64,000 nucleotides of DNA from the human T2T-CHM13v2.0 reference genome, Homo sapiens. A model generated the notes under the pieces. That model saw only the letters and a list, made by a program, of their open reading frames with translations, did no database searches and was not told where the DNA came from. The stretch is taken from NCBI RefSeq assembly GCF_009914755.1, contig NC_060927.1. The stretch is one strand, 5' to 3'. The position numbers and the translations under genes were made by a program. Below, piece by piece: positions 1 through 15,935 of this stretch (the first letter of the stretch is position 1; each line of letters opens with the position of its first letter).

Positions 1-1903
1 AAATGAAGAAGAGGTAAGAGACAGTGTATGGACACTTGCGGACATGAGACTATTAGTATTCCTTTTCCCTTTTTCCTTGGCAATGCTATATATCAGAAAT
101 ATTTAAAAAATAGTCACAGACTATGAAATGTAGAAGAGAAAATACAATGAGGAGAGTGCTACTGCATCTATCATGTGAAGATGATAATCAACTATATTGT
201 TCAAAATGCCTAAGTTCAACTGGAAGAATGCAGTGGAAATACAGTTGATGTGCTTTTAAAGATTCCTTTTCAGATAAATTCCCTCTAAGTTCAGTATTTA
301 CAATTGGGTCCAGGTATGAATTTGAGAGGAAGAAAATGGATTTTGGTAATTTTCTATGGATTAGCGGTTTTTCTTGGCCTTGAACAGATTTATCAAGCTC
401 CACAGAAGCACAGGTGTTACAGTTTATAAGTGTAATAAAGGCCAAGTTTTTTCCTCAAAAACAAAACAAAACAAACCCCACTCAGTTTATTTACTAGATG
501 ATAAAAATCAAATTGAAAACCTTTTCATGAATGGTGGTCTTCATGTGTAATGTGAAGTTTCTGCTTAGAGCTCTTCAGCCTATATATCCTTCATTATAAT
601 CTCTTATGAGGTATATTCAAAGCTATATAGGCCAAAAGGGACGATTAATAGGAGTGTGAGCCTTGAACCAATTACATGTCAAATGATTTAACAAGGAGCG
701 ATTCCAGCAAAATCTCAAAAGATGATTTAGGGAAGATAGAAGACATATACCATCATGTGCCAAGTCTGAGAAGCACAAATGTTTAAAATCCCCAATCTGT
801 ACTTAATTTCATTAAATTTCACTGGTTATTCCTGTTTGAACTTAATGTACTTTCTAGTCCTACTTCCATACAAAGTGTGGAATTGCTGGTTTACTCAAGA
901 CTGGCTGTTTGGTTAGTAGCTTTAGGAAGAAAAGAGCTTAACTGGGCATTGGAGAATGTGATTATTTTATTTGGGAAGAAATTAAGTTAAATATATCACT
1001 TAAATATGATTAAAATATGTTTTTAATCAATACATTATAAAAACTATAATGTTTAAAAGTGCAATGAAGGAAGAAAGTTTCTGCTTATTTAGGCATTAGT
1101 GTAGTCTTGCTTTCCACATTAGTCCTTGGAGAGGAAGTGGGAAAGGAGTGGAAGTCACATTAATCACTCCTAGAGCAAGAGTCTCTGTCTAGGCCCAATT
1201 TAAATTTTGCTCTTGGTAGATACGATTACAGCCAAACTGGTGAATTTTTAGGTGAATTCAGGCTTTAATGCACTTGAGAATCAAAATATTTCTGAGATGT
1301 ATTAGGCTGAAATAAAACCATGAATAAGCAAGTAAATCCCCTCTTCCAAGAATGGAGGGGACCATCAAGCTCAGGACAGGTCTCATCCTCAATTCCAGAA
1401 AAGAGTATGCCTCAACTCTTACCTACAGATGGGAATCTGTCCAACCATGAAAAATCTCTAAGGGAAAGAATTGTGTTTTATTCTTCAATGAACAAAAATG
1501 ATACCATTATAGGGGTTTTCCCTTTAAAAGCCTGAATTCCTCCTACTTTAGCAGAATTCACAGATAGCTGGTCATTCATCCTGTATGATTCTGAGACAAA
1601 ATACAAATAAGAACATAGAAGCTGTTGACATTTTTATAAATGAACTGGCAAAACTGAATTAAGAACATTTTTCAGGTTTTAAACCCTAATTTTCTCCCAA
1701 GTGATATGTAATTTTACTTGGAAAACTGTCAGAAATACACGAACCAACCCACTGATTAGTCTCTGCTACTAAACCTCTCAGAGCTAGTTGAGGATTAAAT
1801 AAGCCATTAAATTAAAAAGTGCTTGAGAACCTCAAAGTTCTATTTGAATGTGAAAGATTATTTCAGTGGCTCTGATCCTACTAAGCAGTCTCATTTTAGG
1901 CAA

Positions 1904-4482
<2,579 letters not shown>

Positions 4483-5666
4483 GGCAGCCATTAAACCTCA
4501 CTGAATTTCAGCAGCTTCATAAGAAAATGAGGAGGTTTGGATTAAATAATCTTTAAGGCTGCTTCTGGTTCTAGCATTCTTGATCACAAGGTATTTGCTT
4601 TTCAGTTAATTCAAGTTGTTCTTAAGAAAAATGAATATATTATCCCAAAGGTAGATATCCCTGAAATTGTGTCTTATAGCCACTGATTTGAGATATTTTC
4701 TCTTTTTAGTCAGTAGGTCTTTATTTCTTTTTAAAAATAATGTTTCTTCTCTTCTAACCTGGTCTACCCTTTAGGGCAGACCTTAGGAGTCTTATTCACC
4801 TTGTACCAAACTTTTTTGGTAAAGAAGTTCTAATTATACACCTAATATAATCAGAAGGATCTAGTGTAATATATTGCCCACAACATCCAGAATTTTTACA
4901 TTCTATGTTGGTTTGAAAGATTGGTTTTTGCTAAGTATTTTCCAACATCTCACTGCTCTTAATTGAACCCTGAAGGCTTTTCTTGGCAACTGATTTCAGC
5001 CCTCACTGTCTGGGAAGGCCCTGATGTGGGCAGAAGCAGTGTTCTATTAGGAGCCTTCATTTCAGGTTACCCCTGATTTTCCTCTCAAGGCTCTGCTTAG
5101 TCAAAAAGAGACCATCTCCTGCAGCTTGATTGATGCCCTAGATGGATTTTCCAAGACAGAGATTGCTGGTGCCTAGGGTTTAAAACAAATCCCACAGTGG
5201 GTGCCAGGGAATGTGGTTTTGGGACCAAGATTCTGCATTCACATCTCCCTGTTCCTTGTGGAGTCATTTCTTTTCCTGTTTAGTGTATGAAAGAACTTGG
5301 CCAACAAAATTAAGCAAATTAATGATTGATGGTATTTTTCCTCTATTGAAATTCATTACTATTTCTTCAGATTTGCAAGTAGATGGTTTGAAAATTCTTC
5401 AAAGGTCTGAATGGCGACAAAGTTTAGCTCCTGCTGTCTTTGTGCTTCTCTCTCATTGGGCCAGAAGTAGCTTTTTAAAAATGAAAGCAAGTTTACAGAA
5501 AGATGAGCAGGCTTTACTTTGTATATTTGCTTATATAGAACCATGTTATGGACTAATTAATTTTGATTGTGTTGCTGGCTAAATATCAGAACATGGCCTA
5601 GGTTATCATAAAAAATAAAATGATCTCAGAACCTTTTATTGGCATGAATAGTGTGTGATGTCTGCT

Positions 5667-6177
5667 TGGAATAGTCAGGCTTCTCTGGAGATACAGAACC
5701 AGTAGGATATTGATACAGAATCGACAGGGTATCTCATTATATATATTACAAAATATTGGTTCATGTGATTATGGAGGCTGAGAAGTTCTACAATCTGTGA
5801 TCTGTAAGCTGGAGCCCCGGGAAAGACAGTGGTGTAGTTGGAAGGCCTGAGAAATGGGGAGTTTTTGGTACAGATTCCAATGTGAGCCTGAAGACCTGAG
5901 AACAAGGAGAGTTGAAGGCAGGAGAAGATTAATGTCCCAGCTCAAGTAGTCAGGCAGTGTCAGCAAATTCTCACTTCCACTTTTTGTTCTCTTCAGGCCC
6001 TTAACAGATTGGATGCTACCCACTACATTGGGAAGGGCAATCTGCTTTATTTAATCTACTTATTCCAACACTAATCTCTTCCAGAAATACCCTCAGGCAC
6101 ACTCAGAAATACTGTTTAATCGAGTATCTGGGCATCCTGTGTTTCAGTAAGGGTAACACATACAATTAACTATCACA
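5667..6177 (-). mobile_element. MLT2B-type (ERVL) solo LTR
   Basis: Ends match MLT2 reverse complement (..AGTCAGGCTTCTCTGGAG.. and ..ATTAACTATCACA); TSD CTGCT/CTGGT. Confidence 0.85.
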
Positions 6178-6489
6178 CTGGTAAAATGATTTCAGATTTC
6201 ATCAGGAGAAATCCTGTCATTAACAAATAATAGTGTCAACAATTATTTGTTGAAGAAATTGGAGTTCTTTGGGTTCTCCATCACAATTAAGTTGGTCTAC
6301 ATCCTATCAGGTGACATGACTGTGGCTATATGATTAGTTTACTAGGTAAGGCTTCTAGCTCATGGATACCTGGGCCTCTGCCTGCTTGTCCTCTGTTGCC
6401 CAATGCTGTTACCCGGTGCTGGCTGCAATATAAAATAGTTTAAACTTTTTAAAAAAGAAATCCCAAAATATATATAGATGATCAACATT

Positions 6490-6900
6490 TTAATAAAAAC
6501 AACACACTTGTAGAAAGTTGGAAATTAGAAGAGCAGAGGAAAATTATGCCTATTCCTACTACCTATTAACAACCAATACTAACAGTTTGTATATTTCCAC
6601 CCAGTCTTTTTCCTGTACATTTTGAATTATGATTGTGACCGTATTGTGCATAAAATTTTATATTTGCCTTTTCTCATTTAGTAAAATAATTGAAGCATCT
6701 GTTCATGTTGTATAACCTCTTTATAAGCATAATTGAAATTTTAAATAATAACTACTTAACAGTGTATAATATGGAATTTGCATATTAATAAACATTTTTT
6801 TATTTCAGTTGTTCACACATACTCATTACTATGTTTTACACATCTTTATAGTATAAATATATTTTCTAAAATTTTTTTAGGCGAGACACTTAGAATTTCA
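6490..6900 (-). mobile_element. Old L1 (L1ME-like) 3' fragment
   Basis: Degenerate L1ME 3'UTR-like antisense sequence; boundaries approximate. Confidence 0.5.
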
Positions 6901-7769
6901 CTGATTCTTGAAGTTATCATTGAGCAATAAAACCAAAAAGAACCTCAGAAATTATCTTATCACTTTACAAATAAAATGTATGAGTGCTAGGGGCACTATG
7001 GAAGAATTTTAAGAGTGTATTTTTCTTTCTTTTGTTTCTGATTTGAGATTATTGCACTCGTGCACTAAAAGAAGTGGAGGAGGGGAGTTGAGTAGTCCTT
7101 GAAGTCACAAAAGACACTCCCAGGTGACTGTCTTTGGCTCCCATTCACTCTGACAACCACACAGAAAACTGTTGATGTATCTAGTCAGCATTGTTATAAG
7201 CTACTTTTGGTTATCAGCACTTTCATCCCCTATGCCTTGAGGTTTCAACGGGGCATGATGCTCTCTCAGATATTTTTCACCTCTCTACCCCTTGAAACAA
7301 AGATTCTACCTTGTATAAGTTACTGAGTCAGAGCAGGAGCAAGGACCACATGTCTTTATTCCTAATCCAGTGATGGAGCTTTATGGGCAAATTGGGAATA
7401 TTGCTCTGGTATTTATTTGTCTGGCCAGAAAAACTAATTTTTTTTTTCAGTTTTAAAGCCACTGATTTGTTCTGTTTTTAGTTTTCATTATCTTCCTGAT
7501 TATGATGAAGAGCTTCCAAAATGAAAATTGAGGCTAGTATTGGAAATTTATCTATCCATCACCCCTCTCTTCTTTGCTTTCTTGCTTGTCAGTCTCCTTT
7601 GATTGTTCTTTCTCTCTAAACATTTGTTCTTCCTCTCTGAAGCAATCTTTTTTTTTTGTCAGCAATGATTGATTCTCAGGTGGAAAATTGCTGCTCCACT
7701 TTTTTCTGGGTTTTGGGTGACATAGTAAATAAAAGGGAGGTGGGAAAATTCTCAATTTAAATTGGAACT

Positions 7770-7975
7770 AGATGGCTTACATTTGAATCTGAGCTCTGGT
7801 AGTTATGTGTGACTTTGGACAATTTACTTAAACTGTTTGTGCCTCAGTTTCCTTATCTGTAAAATTCCTCTAATATTATAACTTCCTTCATTGAATTGTT
7901 TGAGGATTAAATAAGATGTTATAGGTAAATCATAATATGGTGCATAGAAAGCACATAATACATTTTTTATTATTT
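7770..7975 (+). mobile_element. MIR SINE
   Basis: Core GTGTGACTTTGGACAA..GTGCCTCAGTTTCCTTATCTGTAAAAT..GAGGATTAAATAAGAT. Confidence 0.8.
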
Positions 7976-8099
7976 ATTCCATTAATAAGAAATTAATTCA
8001 GCTATAGACTTCAGTTTTAAAGTGTGGGTATACCCTGAATGTTTAAAGCTGGTCAGTCCTTCCTACTTACGGTTTAGTTGAATTATGTCAAACAATATA

Positions 8100-8310
8100 T
8101 TTAAATATTTTAAGCACTTCAATGTGCCAGCTGTGGAACTGAGGGCCATCCTTGTAGTATCTTCTCTAGTCCTGAAAACAATCTTACTATGTGGACCAAT
8201 TATTCTTAGTGTATATATGAGGGAAATGAATCTTAAAGAGGTTACATACCTGTCTAAGGCCATTCTCATAGCTAAGGGGTGCGAGAATGGAATTTCTAAG
8301 TAGAATTTGG
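8100..8310 (-). mobile_element. MIR SINE (degenerate)
   Basis: Antisense MIR core (AGCACTTCAATGTGCCAG..ATGAGGGAAATGAATCTTAAAGAGGTT). Confidence 0.6.
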
Positions 8311-9549
8311 GCCATACCTCTTCTCAAATAGCCTACAGTGGTTATAATTCAGGATAAATCATTTTTACTGGGATGTGAGAAGGAAGGTAGAATGAAAAGT
8401 TAGAAATCTTGAAAAATTAATTCTGAACACCTTGAGTTTCTAAGAATTGAGAGAGAAGTCTTTTCACTTCCAATAACAAACTGCCCATTTTGCAGTTGTG
8501 ACTAGGATTATAAGGTTGCCTACATGCCATGTGCCACCAAAGTCATCTTTTCCACGGCAAATTTCCATAGGGTGATGTTATGGGGGTTATGTTTAGTATC
8601 TCTGGGAAATTTAAAAGGATAAGTAATTTTAAATAACAATGAGTAATAATAATTGGACTGGAAATGTAAAAATTAACTGCAGACATAGGCATTATGCAAA
8701 TACATACTTTTGTTTCCCTAATAATTCTCAAATACGTTTTTAATTTTTAAGAGCATTAGCATTTTCCCTGTAGTTAAATTAAAAATTTTCTGCTTTTAAG
8801 CAGATTCCATTTTCATATTCTTGATCTGGCTTTCTTCTATCATACCTCCAGTAAACTGACAATCTACTTATATATTTCTAGAAACTAGAGACAAAACTTC
8901 TTAATATTGTTTTTGCTCCTTATTAAGGACAAGACTGGCAAAATTTGTATGTTTCTCTCTCATGTCCTTTTACCACTGTCATTCTTCTCCTTGTCCTGTT
9001 GTCCTGTGCACATCTCCCCACTTCCCTGGATAAGAGCATAGGTAAAGGTAAAATGAGAGCTGGTCAGAACTTAGTGGCCTTTGGGTCAATATATTGCTCA
9101 ACCCATATTCTTTTACTTCTGTATCAAATGAGCTGAGGGAAATCCTAAAGATGACACAAGGAGCTTCCATGGCTACAGAGCCTCCATATTCAAGTTCAAG
9201 GTAAGAATTAATTAATGTTAAACTGATATAATGCCTTGGGTTTAAGGATTTTTTCCCTAAAGGGTTGGACTAGGTCATTGGTTCCTAACTTGAAGGCCCC
9301 AGACTTCCTCCCTACCAGATATTTGCAAAGAATAAGGACTGTTATTGACAGTATGTTAAAAAAAAAACTCAGAAATCATACATTCAACAAAAGACAACTA
9401 AAAATTCAAGTTTCTTTGTTTTATATTCAAAGCATCAACATAATGTTTGTGTTAGCATGGGTCCTAATCAATAGCTCTGATTAGAAGCTTTATTTTTATA
9501 AGTTAAAGGTGTGAAAATAATTATTAATACACAAAGTTTGCTTGATGGA

Positions 9550-10390
9550 CACTCTCATAGCTTAAACTACCACCTATAGTTTCATGCTCATAAACATTGT
9601 ACTCTTAAGATCAATCTCTCTGTCAGTTCCCAAACCAAATATCCAACTACCCAACAAATCGAATCAACCCCCATATGTTATATTGTTCCTTTGAACTGAA
9701 CTCTTATTTTTCCTCTTACTTCCTGACCCTTCCTCTGGCTTCCCTACTTTCATTAACCCATCACCCTCTTGTCAGGTCCCAAGCAGGGCATTATGGAATC
9801 ACCCTTAGTTTTTCATCTCCCCCTTTCTCAAACGCAACCATATAATTCTGTCACTTTATTTTATTTCAGAAATATGTCCTATTTATGTTTCTCCAAGTTC
9901 ATGTTCATGCCACATCCTTGGCCTAGGTCCTCCACTCATAGTTGATAGTATAGTTGGTAATGTTGAAAGTAAGCCCTAAATTCTGTTCCTGACTCCTGGC
10001 TCTTCCCTGTGAAGTGTGCTCAACCCATGTTCACCACAGATCTTATCGTGGTACTTTTATTTATAAAATCTCTTCCATATTACTCAAAGAGCAAATCCAA
10101 AGTCCTTAGCAAGGATACAAGGTCTTTAGATATATAGCCTCAATCTAATAAACTGCTCTTTTCCTGTGGCTTCTGATCCATACCTTGTATTCCACACTCA
10201 CTGAAAGATCTATACCCACTCTCATGTCTGTGTTAGCTTCCTTAGCTGGCACTGCTCCCCTCTACCTAATTTGTCTTATTAACTTCTACTTTTTTTTTTT
10301 AAGACCCAACTGATTATCATCTATCTTTAGCTTTTCCTTCAGCCATGATTCCTCATTTCTTTTCATTGTACTCTCACTATATCATTCTAT
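9550..10390 (+). mobile_element. L2 LINE fragment
   Basis: Pyrimidine-rich L2 3'-region-like sequence (AAATCCAAAGTCCTTAGCAAGG etc.); boundaries approximate. Confidence 0.6.
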
Positions 10391-11290
10391 TCATGTATTC
10401 ATCCATTTAATAATCCATTGGTTGATATGTCTATCCATTCATTTGTCCATATATTCATCCCTCTAGTCATCCACCCAAATATTTGTTGACTTTCCACTAT
10501 GTGTTCTAGTAACTGATGATACAGCAGAGAATAATACAAAGTACTTAACCTCATGATTTTTATACATTCTAGTGTGAAATAAATAATAAGCAAATAAATG
10601 TTAAAATAATATTACTTCAGGTAGTAATCAGTGCCATTAATAAAAATAAAGCAGTTTAAGAATATAGAGGGTAGCAGAAGTTGGGGAGTGTTACTATAAC
10701 AAAATAACACAGACTGTAATTTATAAAGAACAGAAATGTATTGCCCACAGTCCTAGAGGCTGGAAAGTCCAAGATTAAGACATTGGCAGGTTTGGTTTTC
10801 CAGTGAGACCTACTCACTGCTTCCAAGAGGGAACCTTGTTGATGCATCCTCTGGGAGGAGAGGAATGCTGTGGCACACATGGCAGAAAGCAGAAGGGCAA
10901 GCTAGCCAAATGCTGCTGGAAACCTCTTTTATAAGGGCATTAATTCCATTCATGAGGGAGGACCTCTCATGACCTAATCACTTGTCAAAGGCCCTCCCTC
11001 TTAACACTATCACATTGGCAACACCTGAATTTTGGAGGGAACACATTCAAACCACAGCAGGGAGGCTGGCTGCATTAAATCAAGAGGTCAGGGATGGTCT
11101 TTCTAAGGAAGTGATAATTGAGCTGAATTAAGAGCAGTAGCCATGCTGGTAAACTTCAAATGGATTGGATTTGGGCAATGAGGGAAACAGGAATGAATGA
11201 TGAAGTCTAGGCTGGAGACATGGGCAGCTGAGTGAACAGTGGCACCATTTCCTGAGATGAAGCAGATTGAAAGGGCGTAAGATAGAGGAT
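10390..11290 (-). mobile_element. L2 3' end, interrupted by an MST/MLT1A-class LTR
   Basis: (ATTC)n-like tail, AAATATTTGTTGA..TATGTGTTCTAG; resumes after 11059. Confidence 0.6.
10688..11059 (-). mobile_element. MaLR solo LTR (MSTD/MLT1A class)
   Basis: Ends ..TATCACATTGGCAACACCTGAATTTTGGAGGGAACACATTCAAACCACAGCA; similar to the + copy at 50190. Confidence 0.8.
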
Positions 11291-12929
11291 AATATGTTTA
11301 TTGTACAGTTATTTAATTACAGATTTACATCTCACATTAGTTTGTGCATTCCTTGCAGAGTTGTGACATGTTTTCTTTATTTTTGGACTAAATAATAGTG
11401 GCAAAATATTTAAAAATAAGTAGGGGAGAACTATGGGGGGAGGAGGCTCATAAAAAGGCCACTACATGGCAAAAACATGTAGGACAATTTTACTACTTTA
11501 TTTCTAGAATCATTTCTAGCTCTACAATTGTGTGGTCTTAAGTCTTAAAATTTCAAGATAAATTACCCAGTCATTGAAAATCAGGTACTTATTACCAACA
11601 GGTATTCAGAATACTATTCCTCATATACAAAAATATTGCCTTGTTCTCTAGAAGTTTTCAACTTAAAATAGCATCCTCAATATTGATCAGAAGAGCAAAT
11701 TGGAATACAAATTAATAAAATAGCAAAAAAATTCTTAAATATGGTTAATATTAGAGAGGTCTTGAAGCAATACTATAAGCTCAATGCCATATTTTTATGA
11801 CATCTTTTTGATTACTCACATGATCTATCTCTCTTTCAAACATGGATCACACTTGTGGATCATTTATCATGTTCTAAGGAGGCAACACATAATCATAGGA
11901 ATAACAGAGGGAATGGAAAATAGAGCCTAGTGCCTCTTCTACCACTTACATTGGGAAATCAATTTGAGATTTCCAAACCTCATTTTCACTGACTAAGAAA
12001 TAGGGATAATCATACAGGCCCTAAACATTTCATAGGGTTATAGTGGCCCTTAGCCAAGTGACTTTGTGGACTTAAAAGTTGTTCATAAATTGTAACGCTT
12101 TGCTCATAGTCAAAGTAATCCCTTTTGCTTGTAAAATATTTGGCATTTCCAAGCACTGCAAAAGCCTCAAAGACATAATCACTATTCCCAAAGAGCTTAC
12201 CCTGTAGTAGGAGTAATATTAGCATACCCAAGGAACTGTATATCAAGACATAAGAGAGATGCAAAGCAAGATGCAGGAAGTGATACAATTAGTGTCATTT
12301 CTCATTGTAATTATTGCTGTACTCATTTATTTCCCATAGAGGTAATAAATTCCTGAATGGTAGAGACCATGTCTTGTCTAATATTATTATATTCCCATTA
12401 TTGGCAGAAGTTAAGAGCTCAATAAAGATTAGTTATATCAATGAGCCCAAATAAGGAAGCTGGGCTGAGGAACCATTATCACTACATATATAATCTTTTG
12501 GTTTATATATATGGTTCCCTTGTTCCCCCTGTGTCTCCTTGCTTTTGGACTTTGGAATGTCCACTTTATGGAACTAAATTAGTTTTCTTGGGCTGTACTC
12601 CTTATTCTGGATGTCAGCTTACCCTCCTATAAATATTTCCAAAGACATTCCCAAAAGATATGCCCACCTCAATTTTCCTAAGAGAAGTATATTTCCCATA
12701 GATGTTTTAGCAAAGTTAGTTCAACTTCTTGAAGTTTGTGGAAAAGATGGTTTAGAGTTATAATTATTCTTATTCACTGATCTTAGTACATCTTACAATA
12801 GCTTATTATAGATATATTAGTAATTGCTTATACTAAAATTCCCCAACACCCCAGAGGAGTCATCAAGAGACATGCTCCCAGGTTATATCCTGACACCTCC
12901 AACTTAATCTGGTTAACTGTAGTAAGATT

Positions 12930-13290
12930 GTTACAGATGCAGGAAACAGCTGCAAAATGACATACTTTGCCCGGAAACTTGGTTTCTATGGTTTTAAGCC
13001 AAACTTGCTATCTCTTCTGAATACACACTTTTGTGCAATGATGTCTTTCCCACGTGCATTCCAAATACATGTGCCAATTTTTAAGTATGACTCAGCATGA
13101 GTATTGAACTTGCCTGTCTTCACAGAACACATGGCTCAGTCTCATGACAGGTTATACAATACAGAAAGGAATTATTTGATCATTTATGTTATGTCATAAT
13201 TGTTTCATGGCCATTTAAGATCATGGTGCCCAGAGATATGCCATCAAATAAGTATAACTAGCTGGATGTTTTTGGTTCACGTGAGTTTTG
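12930..13290. promoter_or_regulatory. Candidate enhancer (dense TF motif cluster)
   Basis: ETS, E-boxes, C/EBP, TEAD, NFI half-site and a perfect ARE/MARE ATGACTCAGCA (13087-13097) in sequence where I recognise no repeat. Confidence 0.4.
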
Positions 13291-13766
13291 TTGTTGGGTC
13301 ATGCTGATTTGTGCAAAAAAACAAAAATCATGATGTATTTGGGAAAATTTCCTCTTTCAGAAGTCAGGAGGTCAGGATTCTGGTTCTATCTTTTCCACTA
13401 ATTAATTTGATAACCTTGGAAAAACTATTTTACCTTTTAAAATCCACTATTATTACTGCTTAATAGAATTTCACTGAGTTTATAATGGTTCTTTCTAGCC
13501 AGAACATTCTTTACTGCTAATCACTTTTGGCATTAAATTACATTAGCCTGATTAATTACTTAGCTTAGGAAAAGCAGTGTTTAATAAAATTTTGAATAGC
13601 AGAAGGCAGATTATTTGGTGATGTAAATAAAAAGAATGCATTTGTATGTATCAGAAGCAGTCTAAGACTAGAAATTCTAATATATAGAATAATTCCAATA
13701 AGAACAATTCTAATTAGTTGTCCCTTAACTAAGAAACTAAGGGACTTGTTACCCTACCTAACACAT

Positions 13767-14933
13767 TGTCAAGTGAGACTTGCTATTGTTCCAGAATTGG
13801 AAACAGGGATCCAGAATTAGAAGCAGAAGGACACGTAGAATTCCCATGTTCTAATAAGGTTACTTAATGAGTACTATTGGGGCCAGACCTTTTCAGGTCT
13901 TATTAAAAGATGACCAAGTTGGCTGTTTTACTTCAAACATCACTGTATCCTGACTACCTATCTATATGAGCAGAAACTATACAGACTACAGAAATTTGAG
14001 AATAATTGGAGTCTAAGCAGAGATAACTGAAACACTTTTACTTCCTCTACAGAAGCGATAGATAGTGGTTCCTTGAGGAATCACTTCCTTCCCTGAGTCA
14101 AGAGATCCAAAGGAGCCAATCCTAGAGATTAGAGGAGACAGCCACTGGCATCTCATTCTCTGTGGGATGTATGCCCAGGTGGATAACTTGCTGAGCTGCT
14201 CTCTGTGTGGAATTAAGCAAAAGAAAAGGAACTGGAGAAATATGGCATAAATGAGGGAGGGGATAAAAATGGAGCAGGGGTACACCTCACTCCCCCTGTC
14301 ATGGCAGGATGGATGCAATACTCATAGGCAAAGTATCTTCCAGGCAAAGGCAACCTAGAAGCAAGAGGCTGTGGGTTGAATGAGTATAGGAAGACACTTA
14401 TGGAGATTGACAATGTCAATCTAGACCAAATATCCTCAGGCAGAAATTTTAGTTAGAAGACCCAACAAGGGTCATCTAAAGATCCCACTTATGTGTCCAT
14501 TCGAGGGCCATCATATCAAGATCATCTCACAGAGAGGACTGCTGTAGCTATAGATAAGTAAGAAACGTTTGCTTCCAATCTTTCGTTTCTCCTGTCTGCT
14601 TCCCACATGCCACAAGAGAAGGGGACTCAGCAAGGGAACAAAGATGAGTTAATGGAGCACTCCATGCCCCTTCCTTATTCCATATTCTTCAGGCCACAGC
14701 TAACTTGAACTAGAGGAAGCGTGGATAAAAGACTAAAGTTTGAAATGACAAATTGGATCGAACTTTTTGATAACTGGAAGTGGCTGGAAAACTATGGAAA
14801 TTGACTGAGATTTTACAAAGAGGTGGTAAATGAACAGCCCTCCTGGCATAGTGAAAGTCGTTTAAAAAAAAAGCCGAAAACCATTTTATTTTTGTATTCC
14901 ACTGAATCCAGAATGTTCAACAATCTGGCAGCC
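13767..14933 (+). mobile_element. Ancient LTR, MamGypLTR-like
   Basis: 3' end ..TTTGTATTCCACTGAATCCAGAATGTTCAACAATC.. resembles recalled MamGypLTR termini; purine-rich body. Confidence 0.45.
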
Positions 14934-15152
14934 AAATTATAATATTCTAATGCTTTGATTCAGAATTTTAAATGTAGGAATCCCGGCTTTGCTTCATATG
15001 GTGTTGTTTCTGTCACTATTGAGTGGATATGTGGCTACTTCTAGCTTAGTGTCCAGAATGTGTGGAAATTCATGAAACACTAGGGTCTACAAAAAGGAAA
15101 GAACATTGGGTTAATGTTACCAATTATTTACAGAAAATATCTGTACATTTTT

Positions 15153-15935
15153 TATTGGGAGACAGTTCTCCATGAATACTTTTATATTTTTGTATAGCTC
15201 AGGTTTCAATAGCAAATATGTGCTGGAAAGTAGAAATGGTGCATTGCTCCAGAAAGATTTAGAGACTCATCTCTCCAGAGCCACTTGCTTACGTTCCATG
15301 GTCAAGCCCTTCCCCTCCATTTCCCAGATGTATTAGTCTGTTCTCACACTGCTATGAAGAAATACCCAAGAGAAGGTAATTTACAAATAAAATAGGTTTA
15401 ATCGACTCACAGTTCTGCATGGCTGGGGAGGCCTCAGAAAAGTTACAATCATGGCAGAAGGCACCTTTTCACAGGGTGGCAGGAGAGAGAATGAATGCCA
15501 GCAGGGGAAATGCCAGACACTTAAAAAACCATCACATCTCCTGAGAACTCACTCACTATCACGAGAACAGCATGGGGGAAACTGTCCCCAAGATTCAAAT
15601 ACCTTCCACTGGTCCCTCCCATGACATGTGGGGATTATGGCATTGCAATTCAAGATGAGATTTGAGTGTGCACACAAAGCTAAAAAAAATATAATCAGAG
15701 AAAATTTGGTTGCATTTCAGGGTAAATGTTTCTCTCTCTATGGAGAGGAGGAGGGGCACATGTCCCACGCTATGTAAGTTCTGAGTCATAATTTCAGGTT
15801 TCTTCTCCTGTTATACAAACCCCATTGCATGCCCAAATGAATAACTCGTCCTTATGCTGGTAGCAGAAGTGGAGCTAAAATGCTTCTGGTGGGGAAACTG
15901 GAGCTAAAATGCTCTATGAGAGCATGTTTTCTGTT
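15153..15935 (+). mobile_element. ERVL LTR (LTR47-like) split by a THE1D LTR
   Basis: Starts TATTGGGAGACAGTTCTCCATG; resumes after ~15700. Confidence 0.5.
15329..15694 (-). mobile_element. THE1D-like solo LTR
   Basis: TGTATTAGTCTGTTCTCACACTGCTATG..GAAGGCACCTTTTCACAGGGTGGCAGGAGAGAG; TSD CCAGA/TCAGA. Confidence 0.88.

Noticed and set aside
1-20. GAG|GTAAGA donor-like site at position 13
   Set aside because: Any exon would lie outside the window; such 9-mers occur by chance and no partner exon could be supported
5211-5582. 123-aa ORF and other 60-135-aa ORFs in non-repeat DNA
   Set aside because: No domain similarity or exon structure; expected by chance in six frames
6222-6251. 10-bp AT-rich stem-loop (a similar 9-bp one at 40431-40452)
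   Set aside because: Short and expected by chance in 64 kb
9100-9206. Strong donor AAG|GTAAGA at 9200
   Set aside because: No convincing acceptor or recognisable coding frame; needs transcript data
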